64,000 bases of DNA from a virus. Where the stretch lies: IMG/VR virus record IMGVR_UViG_3300042945_002791. The stretch is one strand, 5' to 3'. This document shows, one piece after another, positions 24,599-34,155 of this stretch (position 1 is the stretch's first letter; every line of letters starts with the position of its first letter). A model generated the notes under the pieces. The model was given only the letters and a program-made list of their open reading frames with translations. It was not told where the DNA came from and searched no databases. Both the position numbers and the translations under genes were made by a program.

Positions 24599-25387
24599 CT
24601 ATTCTTTATTTAATTCTTGCATTTTTAATACATCTTCCCTTATGTTAGGCAGCCATTCAAGGTGGTCCCCTTTGCCAGGTGTTCCGTCCCCATTTTTTGG
24701 TATACCATAGGCAAAAAACTCTAAAAAAACGTATCGTGAACCTTTTGTTACTGGAGTTACTTCGTGTGTTCCAATATAACTAGATGGGTAGACAACTGCA
24801 CTACCAGCTTTTGGAACATAGTCAACACCCGCATATTTAAATATTATATGTCCACCAGTAAAATTATCTCCATTAAGCTCATGCTCACTATCTACGCAGT
24901 TATTGAGATATAGAGCGCCACTAAGTGTGTTATGAATAGGAAATTCATTTTTTGGTAACTCGTCAAAATCAAATTGAATTGTATCATCGCAATGGGGGCC
25001 TATGTGTCTGCCATCATTATATCCTGCTATATGACCGCTAGTTTTCCACCATATAGAAGGCGTAACTTCAGGATAGAGCAGACAGTATTGTAGTACACAT
25101 CTATACAGTCCGTCTGTGCATGCTTTCATAAAATCTTTTTGTTTTTGAGTAAGCGTTCTGCCATGTGTGGAAAATCTTCTTGGAGTTTTTGGTATTTCGT
25201 TTAATTGAAATTTAAAATTTGTCTTATTTACTGCAGAGGTTGTGCCATCTTCTTCTATGTAGGTAAAAGTGTCTTCTTTTTCTTGCTTTAGCCATAAAAC
25301 GTATTCTTTCAAAAATGCTTGATCTACATCAATGACATTATCAAATGAAACTACTCCGCCGCCATGGTTATGATATTTTATTGACAT
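24599..25387 (-). CDS. 2OG-Fe(II) oxygenase
   Basis: HCD...LYLNN...GGH...HEVTPVTKGSRY; paralogue of 22212..22988. Confidence 0.85.
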   Translation of the reverse strand: MSIKYHNHGGGVVSFDNVIDVDQAFLKEYVLWLKQEKEDTFTYIEEDGTTSAVNKTNFKFQLNEIPKTPRRFSTHGRTLTQKQKDFMKACTDGLYRCVLQYCLLYPEVTPSIWWKTSGHIAGYNDGRHIGPHCDDTIQFDFDELPKNEFPIHNTLSGALYLNNCVDSEHELNGDNFTGGHIIFKYAGVDYVPKAGSAVVYPSSYIGTHEVTPVTKGSRYVFLEFFAYGIPKNGDGTPGKGDHLEWLPNIREDVLKMQELNKE

Positions 25388-26474
25388 ATTGTATATTTAC
25401 CTCTGGCTGACCGTCACATGCTTTACCAGTCATTTGTTCATTGTTTGATTTTTCTACAAACTCTACATTTGATGTTTCCGCATATTGCGTAACGTTTCTT
25501 ACTTGATAAATAGGATTCCATCCCATTTCAACGCCACTTTTTTGAGCATTGTGCTCACTGTACATTGAAAATGGCGATTTACAATACATTTCATAATCAT
25601 CATAAATGTTGTCCATCCAAACTGGGGGACACCACTCAAAACTTTGATCTGCTTCTGATATTAAAATGTTTGTTTGAGCCTCGCTTGCACCTTGTCCGAA
25701 GAATGTAAGATATGTGTATCTCACTCCGTCTCCCATTTTTTCAACTTCATGTGCAGCTAAATAATTTGTTGGGAAAAATATTATGTCACCTTTTTGTGGT
25801 TTATATGAAACATTGAGGTGGACAAACTTTAGATGTCCACCCATAAAATTCTTTTCATTTAATTCTTCTTTTGATTCAACACAATCATTAAAATACACTA
25901 ATGCACCGCATGTTTGTCTAGAGGCCATCATCCCCCTTGGCATATATCTAATCCCCTTGCTGACCTTATAGTTAGTGTCATTATCCGCATGGCAACCCAA
26001 TATTCCTCCGTCTGTATATCTAAGAATATGACCTCTTGTTTTCCACCAGATACTGCCCAACATTAGGGGATAATGGTCTATATACTTTATAAGTGATTTA
26101 TATATTTGATCTTCTAGGTAAATAAAAAACTCTTTTATTCTTTCTTCGGTATTGGGGTTTACTGGAGATAGAATTCTTACTGGAGTATATGGAACGTCTT
26201 TTTCATTATACTTGAATCCATCTTCATTAATTCCATATTTCTCACCATCTTCCCCCGTTACCCATGTCCATCTACCTCTGTGTGCAGCTTCTGCTTCTGA
26301 GTCTATGTAATCTAAAACCAAATTTTGATCCATTTGAAAAGCGTTTCTAAAAACAACTATTCCTGGAGCCATAACTATGGTCTCAAGATCTCCTATTTCT
26401 TTAAGCTCTGTTTCCCCTATCGTGGGCGAAACGGGATACGGAGTTGTGCTACGTCTTTGATCATTTTCGTTCAT
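25368..26474 (-). CDS. 2OG-Fe(II) oxygenase
   Basis: WWKTRGHI, HAD, VYFND, HEV...GVRY. Confidence 0.85.
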   Translation of the reverse strand: MNENDQRRSTTPYPVSPTIGETELKEIGDLETIVMAPGIVVFRNAFQMDQNLVLDYIDSEAEAAHRGRWTWVTGEDGEKYGINEDGFKYNEKDVPYTPVRILSPVNPNTEERIKEFFIYLEDQIYKSLIKYIDHYPLMLGSIWWKTRGHILRYTDGGILGCHADNDTNYKVSKGIRYMPRGMMASRQTCGALVYFNDCVESKEELNEKNFMGGHLKFVHLNVSYKPQKGDIIFFPTNYLAAHEVEKMGDGVRYTYLTFFGQGASEAQTNILISEADQSFEWCPPVWMDNIYDDYEMYCKSPFSMYSEHNAQKSGVEMGWNPIYQVRNVTQYAETSNVEFVEKSNNEQMTGKACDGQPEVNIQYVNKIS

Positions 26475-27091
26475 CCCAATACCTCATCTATTGCTTCTCT
26501 TATTGTCCATCCTGCGCCCATTACCCTAGGCTCTTCATCTAGTGGCATGTCTTGCCAATTGAATCTAGCTAACATTATACCATCTTTAGAAACTAGAAAT
26601 TTTTCATAATTATTAGATATTCTTGCTATTGCTTGACCCGCTAGGTTTTGACCTTCAGCAGCAGATTGAGATGCATCTGCTTTTGAGTCTGAATAAGATC
26701 TTTTTTCTGCTCCTTTTAAAAAAGAGTATAGTTCATGTTCATTTTTGCCATTTACTTCTATTTTTTGTCCAATTGGAAATGTTACAAATGGATAATTTTT
26801 CTTAATAAAAGAACTAATTTCTCCGTCAGATAGTGGATCCATTTTTCCAAACTGATTACATGGAAATGCAATAACCGAAAAACCCCTATCCATAAACTCC
26901 CTATGAACTGATTCCAGCTGCCATAACTGCCTAGAAGTTCTTGCATATGACCACAAATTTGAGCACTTGGGAGAATACCCAGCTTTACTAGCTATGTTTA
27001 CTATTAAAGTTGTTTTTCCTTTAAATTGACTCAAGAAACCATTCTCACCATCAAGGCTTTTAATTTCTGCGTCGTAAGCTGATAATATCAT
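26471..27091 (-). CDS. Glutathione peroxidase family protein with atypical active site
   Basis: LIVNIASK, FPCNQFG, KIEVNG, EKFLV. Confidence 0.85.
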   Translation of the reverse strand: MILSAYDAEIKSLDGENGFLSQFKGKTTLIVNIASKAGYSPKCSNLWSYARTSRQLWQLESVHREFMDRGFSVIAFPCNQFGKMDPLSDGEISSFIKKNYPFVTFPIGQKIEVNGKNEHELYSFLKGAEKRSYSDSKADASQSAAEGQNLAGQAIARISNNYEKFLVSKDGIMLARFNWQDMPLDEEPRVMGAGWTIREAIDEVLG

Positions 27092-27375
27092 CTAGTTCCC
27101 CTAAAATTAAGCTGCAAGTAATCGTCTATGGTAATTGAACCTTCAATATTCTCATCTTTTAGATAACCACTAACTAACAATCTACAATATATTGGGGTAT
27201 CTAATTTTTTTTGAAGGAAAAAACTATCCCCTGTATAAGACACTATATCTGCAAAAACATCACCAGTGTGGTGCTTAAATAGCGCAGTGTCGTTATTTAA
27301 GATAATATCATATGACTCTTCTCCAAATGGAGTTTCAACTAAACACTTCCATGGTCCATACATAAAAAAATCCAT
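27088..27375 (-). CDS. Hypothetical protein
   Basis: 95-aa ORF with 4-nt overlap to the next gene. Confidence 0.6.
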   Translation of the reverse strand: MDFFMYGPWKCLVETPFGEESYDIILNNDTALFKHHTGDVFADIVSYTGDSFFLQKKLDTPIYCRLLVSGYLKDENIEGSITIDDYLQLNFRGTR

Positions 27376-27392
27376 TCTATAGTTTACTGTTA

Positions 27393-27998
27393 TTATACAT
27401 CATATGCCGACCAATCTGGAACGACTTTTGTATTTGGATTGATTGGAGAAAAGTTTGCACTTACAACCACCCTAGGAATGGGTGAATTATGCCTATCTGT
27501 CATGTGTGGAATAAATGAATTAAATATCAGTAACATGCCTGTCTCTGGCTTAATGCTACTTATAGAATCTATTTGGCTAAATGCAGTTGTATGAAATAAA
27601 AGATTTGCGCTTCCATTTGGAGCGCTAGGATAGTATGCTACTGAATAATAATCAATAGGATGTAAGTGGGAATTTGATTTATGACTATGGTATGAAACTG
27701 ATTGACCTTTGTTCAGTGTTAGTGTCCATATAGATTCTATTTTCATTTTTTTATTTAAAACTTCATCAACTTTATTTGAAATTATTAGTTTTAATTTTTC
27801 ACATTCTTTTGTTTTTGGATATTTTCTATCTTCATAGTGGGTGTGATTATGTGTTTTTAAATATGAATCTTTAAATTTTTTATCTATTTCTTCTGAATAG
27901 TCGTTGATTTCAGAAATAATTTTTTCATTATCTACGTCTTTAATCGGGCATGCAAATACGTCGATATTAATTAGATTATGCTTAAAAATACTATTCAT
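27393..27998 (-). CDS. Putative 2OG-Fe(II) oxygenase/cupin (HxH type)
   Basis: HSH...SVAYY...PETGMLLIFNSFIPH...RVVVSANF. Confidence 0.75.
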   Translation of the reverse strand: MNSIFKHNLINIDVFACPIKDVDNEKIISEINDYSEEIDKKFKDSYLKTHNHTHYEDRKYPKTKECEKLKLIISNKVDEVLNKKMKIESIWTLTLNKGQSVSYHSHKSNSHLHPIDYYSVAYYPSAPNGSANLLFHTTAFSQIDSISSIKPETGMLLIFNSFIPHMTDRHNSPIPRVVVSANFSPINPNTKVVPDWSAYDV

Positions 27999-28662
27999 GA
28001 TAAAAGGTTCCTAACTCCAGAGCTAAAGGTGGATTATCTTTATGCCAAACGTTTGTAACCATGACTTGTCTAATTCCTGACTTTGCTGCGGTAGCATTAT
28101 GTACTACATGCCCAGAGTCGAATATTACTAATCTATTTCCTTTATATGCTATACGTTCTCTCTCATTAATCTCAACTATATAATGTTGCATGCTATCGTG
28201 TTCAAGAGCATTGTGTGTTTTTTCTTTTATTGATCTATTGTGTATTTCTAAGAATCCTCCATTTGGATTATCTTTACCGTAATAAACTGATCCAGATATT
28301 GGCCCAGAAAACACTTTTTCTTTTTCGTACAAAAATGTATCTTCGTCAACATGATAGCTCAAGTACTGACCTGCCTTAAATGTTCTAGTCCAATACTCTA
28401 TTCCAAGTATGTCATCCAATGGATAATTTATATTATTTTCCCAAATCTTTTGAACAACTTTCTTTTTTAATGTGTTCGCAGGAGATCTCCACCATCCATC
28501 CCAAAACATATATGGTGCATAGCAATCTGATTTTTCATAATGGTAACTATTTACTTGCCCAGCTACTCTGTCTGAATCACCCATTGAAGCAGGAAAAAAA
28601 TTGCAGTCATTTAAAACATCGTAATAAAGTTGTTTGTCTAAGAAATTATCTTTTACTATCAT
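27991..28662 (-). CDS. 2OG-Fe(II) oxygenase-like protein
   Basis: EYWTR, HVDEDT, GG, NRLVIFDSG..H, R...NVW. Confidence 0.75.
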   Translation of the reverse strand: MIVKDNFLDKQLYYDVLNDCNFFPASMGDSDRVAGQVNSYHYEKSDCYAPYMFWDGWWRSPANTLKKKVVQKIWENNINYPLDDILGIEYWTRTFKAGQYLSYHVDEDTFLYEKEKVFSGPISGSVYYGKDNPNGGFLEIHNRSIKEKTHNALEHDSMQHYIVEINERERIAYKGNRLVIFDSGHVVHNATAAKSGIRQVMVTNVWHKDNPPLALELGTFYHE

Positions 28663-29435
28663 TTTTTAATAATAACACAAAAACCTGACGTTGTTCCAAC
28701 GTGATACGCGTAGCAATTATCTAATGTTCTAATTGTTTCATTTATATCAAAATGTGGATGATCCATTTTATTTTCGTCAAACTCTTCACCATTGGCATAG
28801 TAGGAAAAATGATCATTTATATTAATTAATATAATTATTGAACCACTTTTCATGTTAGTAAATAAATTGCGAAGAATATCTACATCAACATAAGAAGCCA
28901 AATCTGTTGCATCTGCATAAAGAACGTCAGTATCAGCTGGAACTTCTCCATTTAATAGTGTTTCTTTATTGAGAACTTGAAAAGGACACTCTTTCATTTC
29001 TAGGATATTTTCTGCTCTAAATAAGTTTTCATCATTTGGAACATAGACTTTTGTAAAACCAAAACTATTTAAATAATCATAACTCCAAGTATGCACTGGA
29101 TTACTAAAGATCGTTATAACAGAAGGCTTCATAAGGGTTAGTATCATTTCAATATTATTTGCCTGGCTTTCAATAGCAGCAAGGGCATAAGAGTTTTTTG
29201 GTTGATCCAGTTGAGAAGAATATGATATTACTTCGTGGGAATGCAAAAAACTTGGAGGCAAACCTATAGCCTGATTGGATCTATCTAATGAGAGATCATT
29301 TTTTTCATATTCAAATATTTTCTTACATCTCTCAGCAACTTCTTGACTGGGCATCATCTCATGAAATTTACTTTTCGAAAGCTTGTTTGCTTTTATTGCA
29401 ACTGAGATTGGACTAAAGCCGATATCACTAGACAT
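28659..29435 (-). CDS. Hypothetical protein, possible methyltransferase-like fold
   Basis: DVLYADA...MKSGSIILININD resembles the C-terminal half of class I SAM methyltransferases; no clear GxGxG. Confidence 0.4.
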   Translation of the reverse strand: MSSDIGFSPISVAIKANKLSKSKFHEMMPSQEVAERCKKIFEYEKNDLSLDRSNQAIGLPPSFLHSHEVISYSSQLDQPKNSYALAAIESQANNIEMILTLMKPSVITIFSNPVHTWSYDYLNSFGFTKVYVPNDENLFRAENILEMKECPFQVLNKETLLNGEVPADTDVLYADATDLASYVDVDILRNLFTNMKSGSIIILININDHFSYYANGEEFDENKMDHPHFDINETIRTLDNCYAYHVGTTSGFCVIIKK

Positions 29436-29709
29436 TGTTTTCTCTATTCTTAATAGTTGCTAGACCATAAATTGTATATCTAGCTGCGTTAAAAATTCTT
29501 TTTCTATCTCTTATCAAAGCCTTTGTAGCATCGTACTCGATATTGCTTTCTACGGGAACTGCTGTAGCTGGATATAGTTCATTTAGTTTTATTCTAATTT
29601 CCCTAAATGTAACATCGTACACTCTTGACTGATCTATACCCAATAATGCTAGGATAGCAAGCATTGAGTTTTCTAATTGTTGTTTATGGTTTTGTTGGTT
29701 GTATTTCAT
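29428..29709 (-). CDS. Small helical protein, GID family
   Basis: ILALLGIDQ motif. Confidence 0.6.
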   Translation of the reverse strand: MKYNQQNHKQQLENSMLAILALLGIDQSRVYDVTFREIRIKLNELYPATAVPVESNIEYDATKALIRDRKRIFNAARYTIYGLATIKNRENNV

Positions 29710-29711
29710 AT

Positions 29712-29909
29712 TTAATCAATTTCCTCATCACTAAATGAGTCTTTTCCAGTAAACATTGTATCATCTATTTCGTGAATATGACACTTATAAGTTGAACCAT
29801 CTAGTAATATATGCCTTTGTTGTTGTATGTCAATTTCTTGAACTTCTCCATCTTCGTGTTCGACTACAAATTTATTTAAATAATTTTCATCGTATTCTTT
29901 ATTGGACAC
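29712..29909 (-). CDS. Small acidic hypothetical protein
   Basis: 65-aa ORF in operon. Confidence 0.55.
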   Translation of the reverse strand: MSNKEYDENYLNKFVVEHEDGEVQEIDIQQQRHILLDGSTYKCHIHEIDDTMFTGKDSFSDEEID

Positions 29910-30132
29910 TATTTAAACTCTCTTTCATTTTTTTAAGAACTTGGTAATTTCTTTTTAAGGCTACATATATATTATGTCTAGAGCTTTGTGTAAAAGGAAG
30001 AACTTCGGTAGTAAATGATTCTGGTATTTCTATTTGATCGATGTCCTCATTGTCTGGATCTATACCTAGCGCAATGGCGAGTTCATAAACTATACGCTCT
30101 TTTAATAAAATTGCCTTTTCTAATTGGGACAT
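29899..30132 (-). CDS. Small helical protein, GID family
   Basis: ELAIALGIDPD motif. Confidence 0.6.
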   Translation of the reverse strand: MSQLEKAILLKERIVYELAIALGIDPDNEDIDQIEIPESFTTEVLPFTQSSRHNIYVALKRNYQVLKKMKESLNSVQ

Positions 30133-30158
30133 TTTAAACCATTTTCCTTAAATACGCT

Positions 30159-31322
30159 TTATTGAATATAGTAATCATTTAAAATCATTTCCCTATACCC
30201 ATTCATGGAAGTACTTTTATTCTTAGTTGGAAGGGACGAAAAATAACATCTGCTATTCATATTTTTAATAAATTCTTTTACAATTACCTTTACCTGAAAC
30301 CTAGAAAGACCTGCCCCTAAGCAGTAGTGAGGGCCGCCCCCAAAAGCTAGATGCATATTTGAATTATTTCTTGATGGAATAATTTTATGAGCGTTTTTAA
30401 ACATTAAAGAATCTCTGTTTGCTGACGCTATATGTAGTATAACGTACTCATTTTTAACGAGGCTAAACCCATCGATCTTAATATCTCTAGAAACTCTTCT
30501 TGTAATAAAATTCAAACTAGAAGAGTGCCTAAATAGTTCTTCTATCGTATTTTTTTCCTCTATGCTGGAAAGCACATTGTTTGCCATGTCTTTGTCTTTT
30601 ACAAACTCATATGCTAAGGATGTAAAAGTGTTTAGATTTGTTTCAAACCCACCTATAAATAGCATTATACAAAGAGATATTATTTCTTCATTACTAAGAC
30701 TATCTCCACCATCTGTGTAGCTTTTTAAATATTTAAAAACGCCAGTTTCTTTTTTCTTATACTTAGTGCCATATAACATGTTTACAAGGTAGGTAAAAAC
30801 CTTTTCTGTTCCTTCAGAATGTTTTTGATAGTCTTCTTTTGAAAGATAATTATTAAGAACTAACATGGCATCATTTGTCCAGTTTGCTATAAATGAATGA
30901 TCTTCTTCAGGAATAATTTCTACCCCTAATATTTCACATATAGAGTAAAATGGAATAGGGAAGGCAATATCCGAAACTAGGTCAAATTGACTTTTGTTTT
31001 TTAATGATTTAAAAGTTTTTTTAACGTTATTTTCAATATTATTTTCAATTTGATCTACAGAAGAGTTAGAAAAAAATGGGTTTAATATTTTTCTATACTT
31101 TGCATGTTCTTCTCCGTCTAAATTTAAAAGGCTATGAATATAGTTTTCTTGATAAGATTCCTTCATTTGCCTAACTAAATAAGGATTTCTTATAAAACTT
31201 TTAACCTGATCATAACCGGTTATAAGCCAATAGTTTTCCGAAATTTTTAGTACCGGATTTTGCTTTCTTATTGTTTCAAGAATATTTTCTTGATCTCTTA
31301 AATCTAATTCTATAGCATTCAT
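30159..31322 (-). CDS. Cytochrome P450
   Basis: I-helix GGFET, K-helix EELFR, ANRD, heme signature HLAFGGGPHYCLG. Confidence 0.95.
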   Translation of the reverse strand: MNAIELDLRDQENILETIRKQNPVLKISENYWLITGYDQVKSFIRNPYLVRQMKESYQENYIHSLLNLDGEEHAKYRKILNPFFSNSSVDQIENNIENNVKKTFKSLKNKSQFDLVSDIAFPIPFYSICEILGVEIIPEEDHSFIANWTNDAMLVLNNYLSKEDYQKHSEGTEKVFTYLVNMLYGTKYKKKETGVFKYLKSYTDGGDSLSNEEIISLCIMLFIGGFETNLNTFTSLAYEFVKDKDMANNVLSSIEEKNTIEELFRHSSSLNFITRRVSRDIKIDGFSLVKNEYVILHIASANRDSLMFKNAHKIIPSRNNSNMHLAFGGGPHYCLGAGLSRFQVKVIVKEFIKNMNSRCYFSSLPTKNKSTSMNGYREMILNDYYIQ

Positions 31323-32671
31323 GCAAGAGCTTTTATCCTATTGAATGAATTGATTAAACTTTCTTTTACTTTGTCTGCACTAAAAATTTCTTTAAAAGAA
31401 GTAATACCTACATAAAGGTAATCATTTTGTTTTCTAAAATGAAGTGTTACACCTATTGATCCAGGAACACTTATCGGCATACTAATACCGTAGGATTCTT
31501 CTATTTTCTTTCCATGAACAGTAGTTTTAGATAAAATATCAACATTAAAATAAGTAGTAGATGTTGCTATAGGAAAGAAATCTTTTTTGTATTTTGGTAT
31601 CTTTTTTTTACCGTTCCAGTCGCACATGTTTGCATATCTAAAACCTTTTTGTGCTGAAGATATATTTGGATTGGTCCTAAAAGCCTTTGCGTAGTCTTTG
31701 TGGGCACTTGTGTTTAGCATGTGTGTTTGATTGCCAATTGATTGTTTAATACGCATTATTGCTTTATCAATAGAAACTTCTGAGGTTGGCACATCTACCA
31801 TTAACGTAATAATTTCATTTCCATAGTGCTTAATGTCACCATAACTTCTTGGGATTAAAGAAATAAGATCTTTTTTTTCTACAACTTTTTCACCCAATAT
31901 TCCTTGATAGCACAATGTTTCTAATAAAAAAGAAAACTCAAGAGTAGATATAGATTTATCTTTGAGATACGATTCAATTTCATTTAAATTAAATTTAACA
32001 AAACTAAAATCTAATGAATACTCTTTTTTATTTCTCCACTCACCTCTGTATATATTTTCTCTTTTAAATTGTTTGATTTTTGTTTGTTTATTATTTTTTG
32101 TAATAAATCCTTTTAAAAACAAATAATACATTTTTAAAATTTTAATTGATTTATTAAAGTAGGATCTTTTTTTTGAAACGGTATTTAAATTGTTGATTTT
32201 TTTTCTATCTTTAAAATAATCTGAAAAAGCAGCTGACTCTGAAAGCTGAGTGCCATCACCCATAGCGTGATGACATCTTCTAAGTACGTATGTATTTTTT
32301 GAATAATTTATAATATGATACTCCCAAAGAGGTTTATCTAATTGTATTTCTTTGATCCATATTTTTTTAACTAGAGTATTAAATTCTTCTTGAGAAAAAA
32401 CATTATATTCAAAAACGTGATTATTAATATTAAAATTTTTATCCGTAACATAATATGGGTAGTCATTTTTTATCTTACTTTCTACAATTTTACTAGAAAG
32501 TATGGGATAAATATTAATTCTTTTATTTAAGTTTTCTATAATTTTTTCTTTAAATGGTAGCTTTTCTGTATTATCAAATTTAAATAATCCACCAACGATT
32601 GCGTTTTTTTTGTTATTTTTATCGCTATAAAATTTATAGTCAACGAAGTTCATCTGCATCGTTTTTTTCAT
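31319..32671 (-). CDS. Wax ester synthase/DGAT-like (condensation-fold) acyltransferase
   Basis: KPLWEYH...HHAMGDG catalytic HHxxxDG motif; GNEI. Confidence 0.8.
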   Translation of the reverse strand: MKKTMQMNFVDYKFYSDKNNKKNAIVGGLFKFDNTEKLPFKEKIIENLNKRINIYPILSSKIVESKIKNDYPYYVTDKNFNINNHVFEYNVFSQEEFNTLVKKIWIKEIQLDKPLWEYHIINYSKNTYVLRRCHHAMGDGTQLSESAAFSDYFKDRKKINNLNTVSKKRSYFNKSIKILKMYYLFLKGFITKNNKQTKIKQFKRENIYRGEWRNKKEYSLDFSFVKFNLNEIESYLKDKSISTLEFSFLLETLCYQGILGEKVVEKKDLISLIPRSYGDIKHYGNEIITLMVDVPTSEVSIDKAIMRIKQSIGNQTHMLNTSAHKDYAKAFRTNPNISSAQKGFRYANMCDWNGKKKIPKYKKDFFPIATSTTYFNVDILSKTTVHGKKIEESYGISMPISVPGSIGVTLHFRKQNDYLYVGITSFKEIFSADKVKESLINSFNRIKALA

Positions 32672-32924
32672 ACACATACTCTTTTACTAATTCTTTGTCT
32701 TCATAAACTTTTACTGTATTTTTACCAACAAAATCTAATTCAAAATTAAAAATTGCTATTTGATTTGTAATTTTTATTGGTTTTATTTTTTTCTTTTTTA
32801 CCTTAAAAACTAAAGGGTAAATAAAAACAAAAATAGAATCAGAACTTATTATATCTGATTCTATCTCGGCATGTATTTGTATTTTATTAATATTTACTAT
32901 ATTATGTTCTAAATTAATTGTCAC
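32640..32924 (-). CDS. Hypothetical protein
   Basis: 94-aa very AT-rich ORF. Confidence 0.5.
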   Translation of the reverse strand: MTINLEHNIVNINKIQIHAEIESDIISSDSIFVFIYPLVFKVKKKKIKPIKITNQIAIFNFELDFVGKNTVKVYEDKELVKEYVYEKNDADELR

Positions 32925-33150
32925 TGTCTTTTAACTGATTAAGCTTTTCTTTTGTGTTGTCAATTTTTTGAACTAATACTGCAATACCAGAATGAACACC
33001 TGAGTCTGGATTATATTGGAAGGTAACAGGATCAAAGTCCTCAAAGTCTATCCCACCAGCAGCCAGTTTGAGTATTAGCTCTTTTTCTAGTTGCTTAATA
33101 GTATTCTGTACTGCTAAAATTGTTTCTTCTTTTGAGAGAGAGAATTTCAT
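32914..33150 (-). CDS. Small helical protein, GID family
   Basis: KLAAGGIDFEDFDPVTF; paralogue of the next ORF. Confidence 0.7.
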   Translation of the reverse strand: MKFSLSKEETILAVQNTIKQLEKELILKLAAGGIDFEDFDPVTFQYNPDSGVHSGIAVLVQKIDNTKEKLNQLKDSDN

Positions 33151-33152
33151 AT

Positions 33153-33380
33153 TTAACCTTGAAGCTCACTAATTTTTCTAACTATATTTTGATATTTCTG
33201 AAGGAACAATGAAAGACCCCTATGGTGTATCGAATCTTCATCTGGGACAAATGTATCGGGATCAAACTGCTCTGGGTCAAAACCGTTTTGAAGAAGCTCT
33301 TCATATAAAACAGGTTCGATTAATAATTTTGTTTTATTTAAAATTTCTAATTTAACGCTATTTTGTAAATTAAAATTCAT
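33153..33380 (-). CDS. Small helical protein, GID family
   Basis: ELLQNGFDPEQFDPDTF; GGAG RBS. Confidence 0.7.
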   Translation of the reverse strand: MNFNLQNSVKLEILNKTKLLIEPVLYEELLQNGFDPEQFDPDTFVPDEDSIHHRGLSLFLQKYQNIVRKISELQG

Positions 33381-33422
33381 TATATCTCCAAGGATTTTTG
33401 ATAGGGTGCGAGCGCCAAAATA

Positions 33423-33430
33423 AATAGTAA
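33423..33430 (-). promoter_or_regulatory. Putative late promoter (TTACTATT)
   Basis: Motif ~43 nt upstream of ATG 33380. Confidence 0.45.
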
Positions 33431-33443
33431 TGCTTTAAGGCTT

Positions 33444-34154
33444 TTACTCACCTAAATGTGGTTCATTTAGTTTTTCGAGACCATCATGTTTTGGCCCTAT
33501 TTGCTCACCTTTTTCGTTCAAGCCAGTTCTAATTCCGTTCATCCATTTCCATGGATTTTCTACCCTATTTTTTTCTTTTGCCTCCCAGTATTCAGATCTT
33601 TCTTTCATAAGATCCTCTTTTTCCCAAACTCCATCAATCGTAAAAGTAGTGTCTAAAAGATCATTATTTTTATAAAAATTAAAAAACATAAATGGAGTTC
33701 CTTTTTCAAAAACTATTGGCTCTCCAACTTTTGTTATATACCAATTCATATTAAATTCATCTGGCCACCAATCTGTAGGTATAGAGGCTGACAAAGGCAT
33801 TACTCCATTAATAACATGGTTTGGCGATCCACTTATCCAAGTGCTGTAACCTGGTTCAGTTTTAATTATCCAACTTGTACAGAATGAAACTATATTTAAT
33901 ATAGAAGGCATAACCAATGGTCTTCCATCTAACATTTCCCCGCTCAATACTCTAGGAATAGTGTCTGGAGCATCTAATTGAACTATAACATCTTGTGGAA
34001 GAATCAACTCCCAACCATGAACATTTGCTGTTGTCATTGGCAAGCATCTGTAGGCGTGTTTGTTGTATGTGTTGTCCATCCAGTCTCTTTTTAGTCTGGA
34101 TTGTTTTATAAGCGGGGGATTTTGAGTCATCTTAGTAAGATTGACATTCGGCAT
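33444..34154 (-). CDS. DUF6065-like protein
   Basis: KRDWMD...HAYRCLPMTTANVHGWEL...TDWWP..F.MNW. Confidence 0.65.
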   Translation of the reverse strand: MPNVNLTKMTQNPPLIKQSRLKRDWMDNTYNKHAYRCLPMTTANVHGWELILPQDVIVQLDAPDTIPRVLSGEMLDGRPLVMPSILNIVSFCTSWIIKTEPGYSTWISGSPNHVINGVMPLSASIPTDWWPDEFNMNWYITKVGEPIVFEKGTPFMFFNFYKNNDLLDTTFTIDGVWEKEDLMKERSEYWEAKEKNRVENPWKWMNGIRTGLNEKGEQIGPKHDGLEKLNEPHLGE

Positions 34155-34155
34155 T

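Noticed and set aside
25368-25387. Possible further frameshift at the oxygenase gene overlap
   Set aside because: No in-frame CGG; both genes have complete catalytic motifs, so this is an ordinary overlap.
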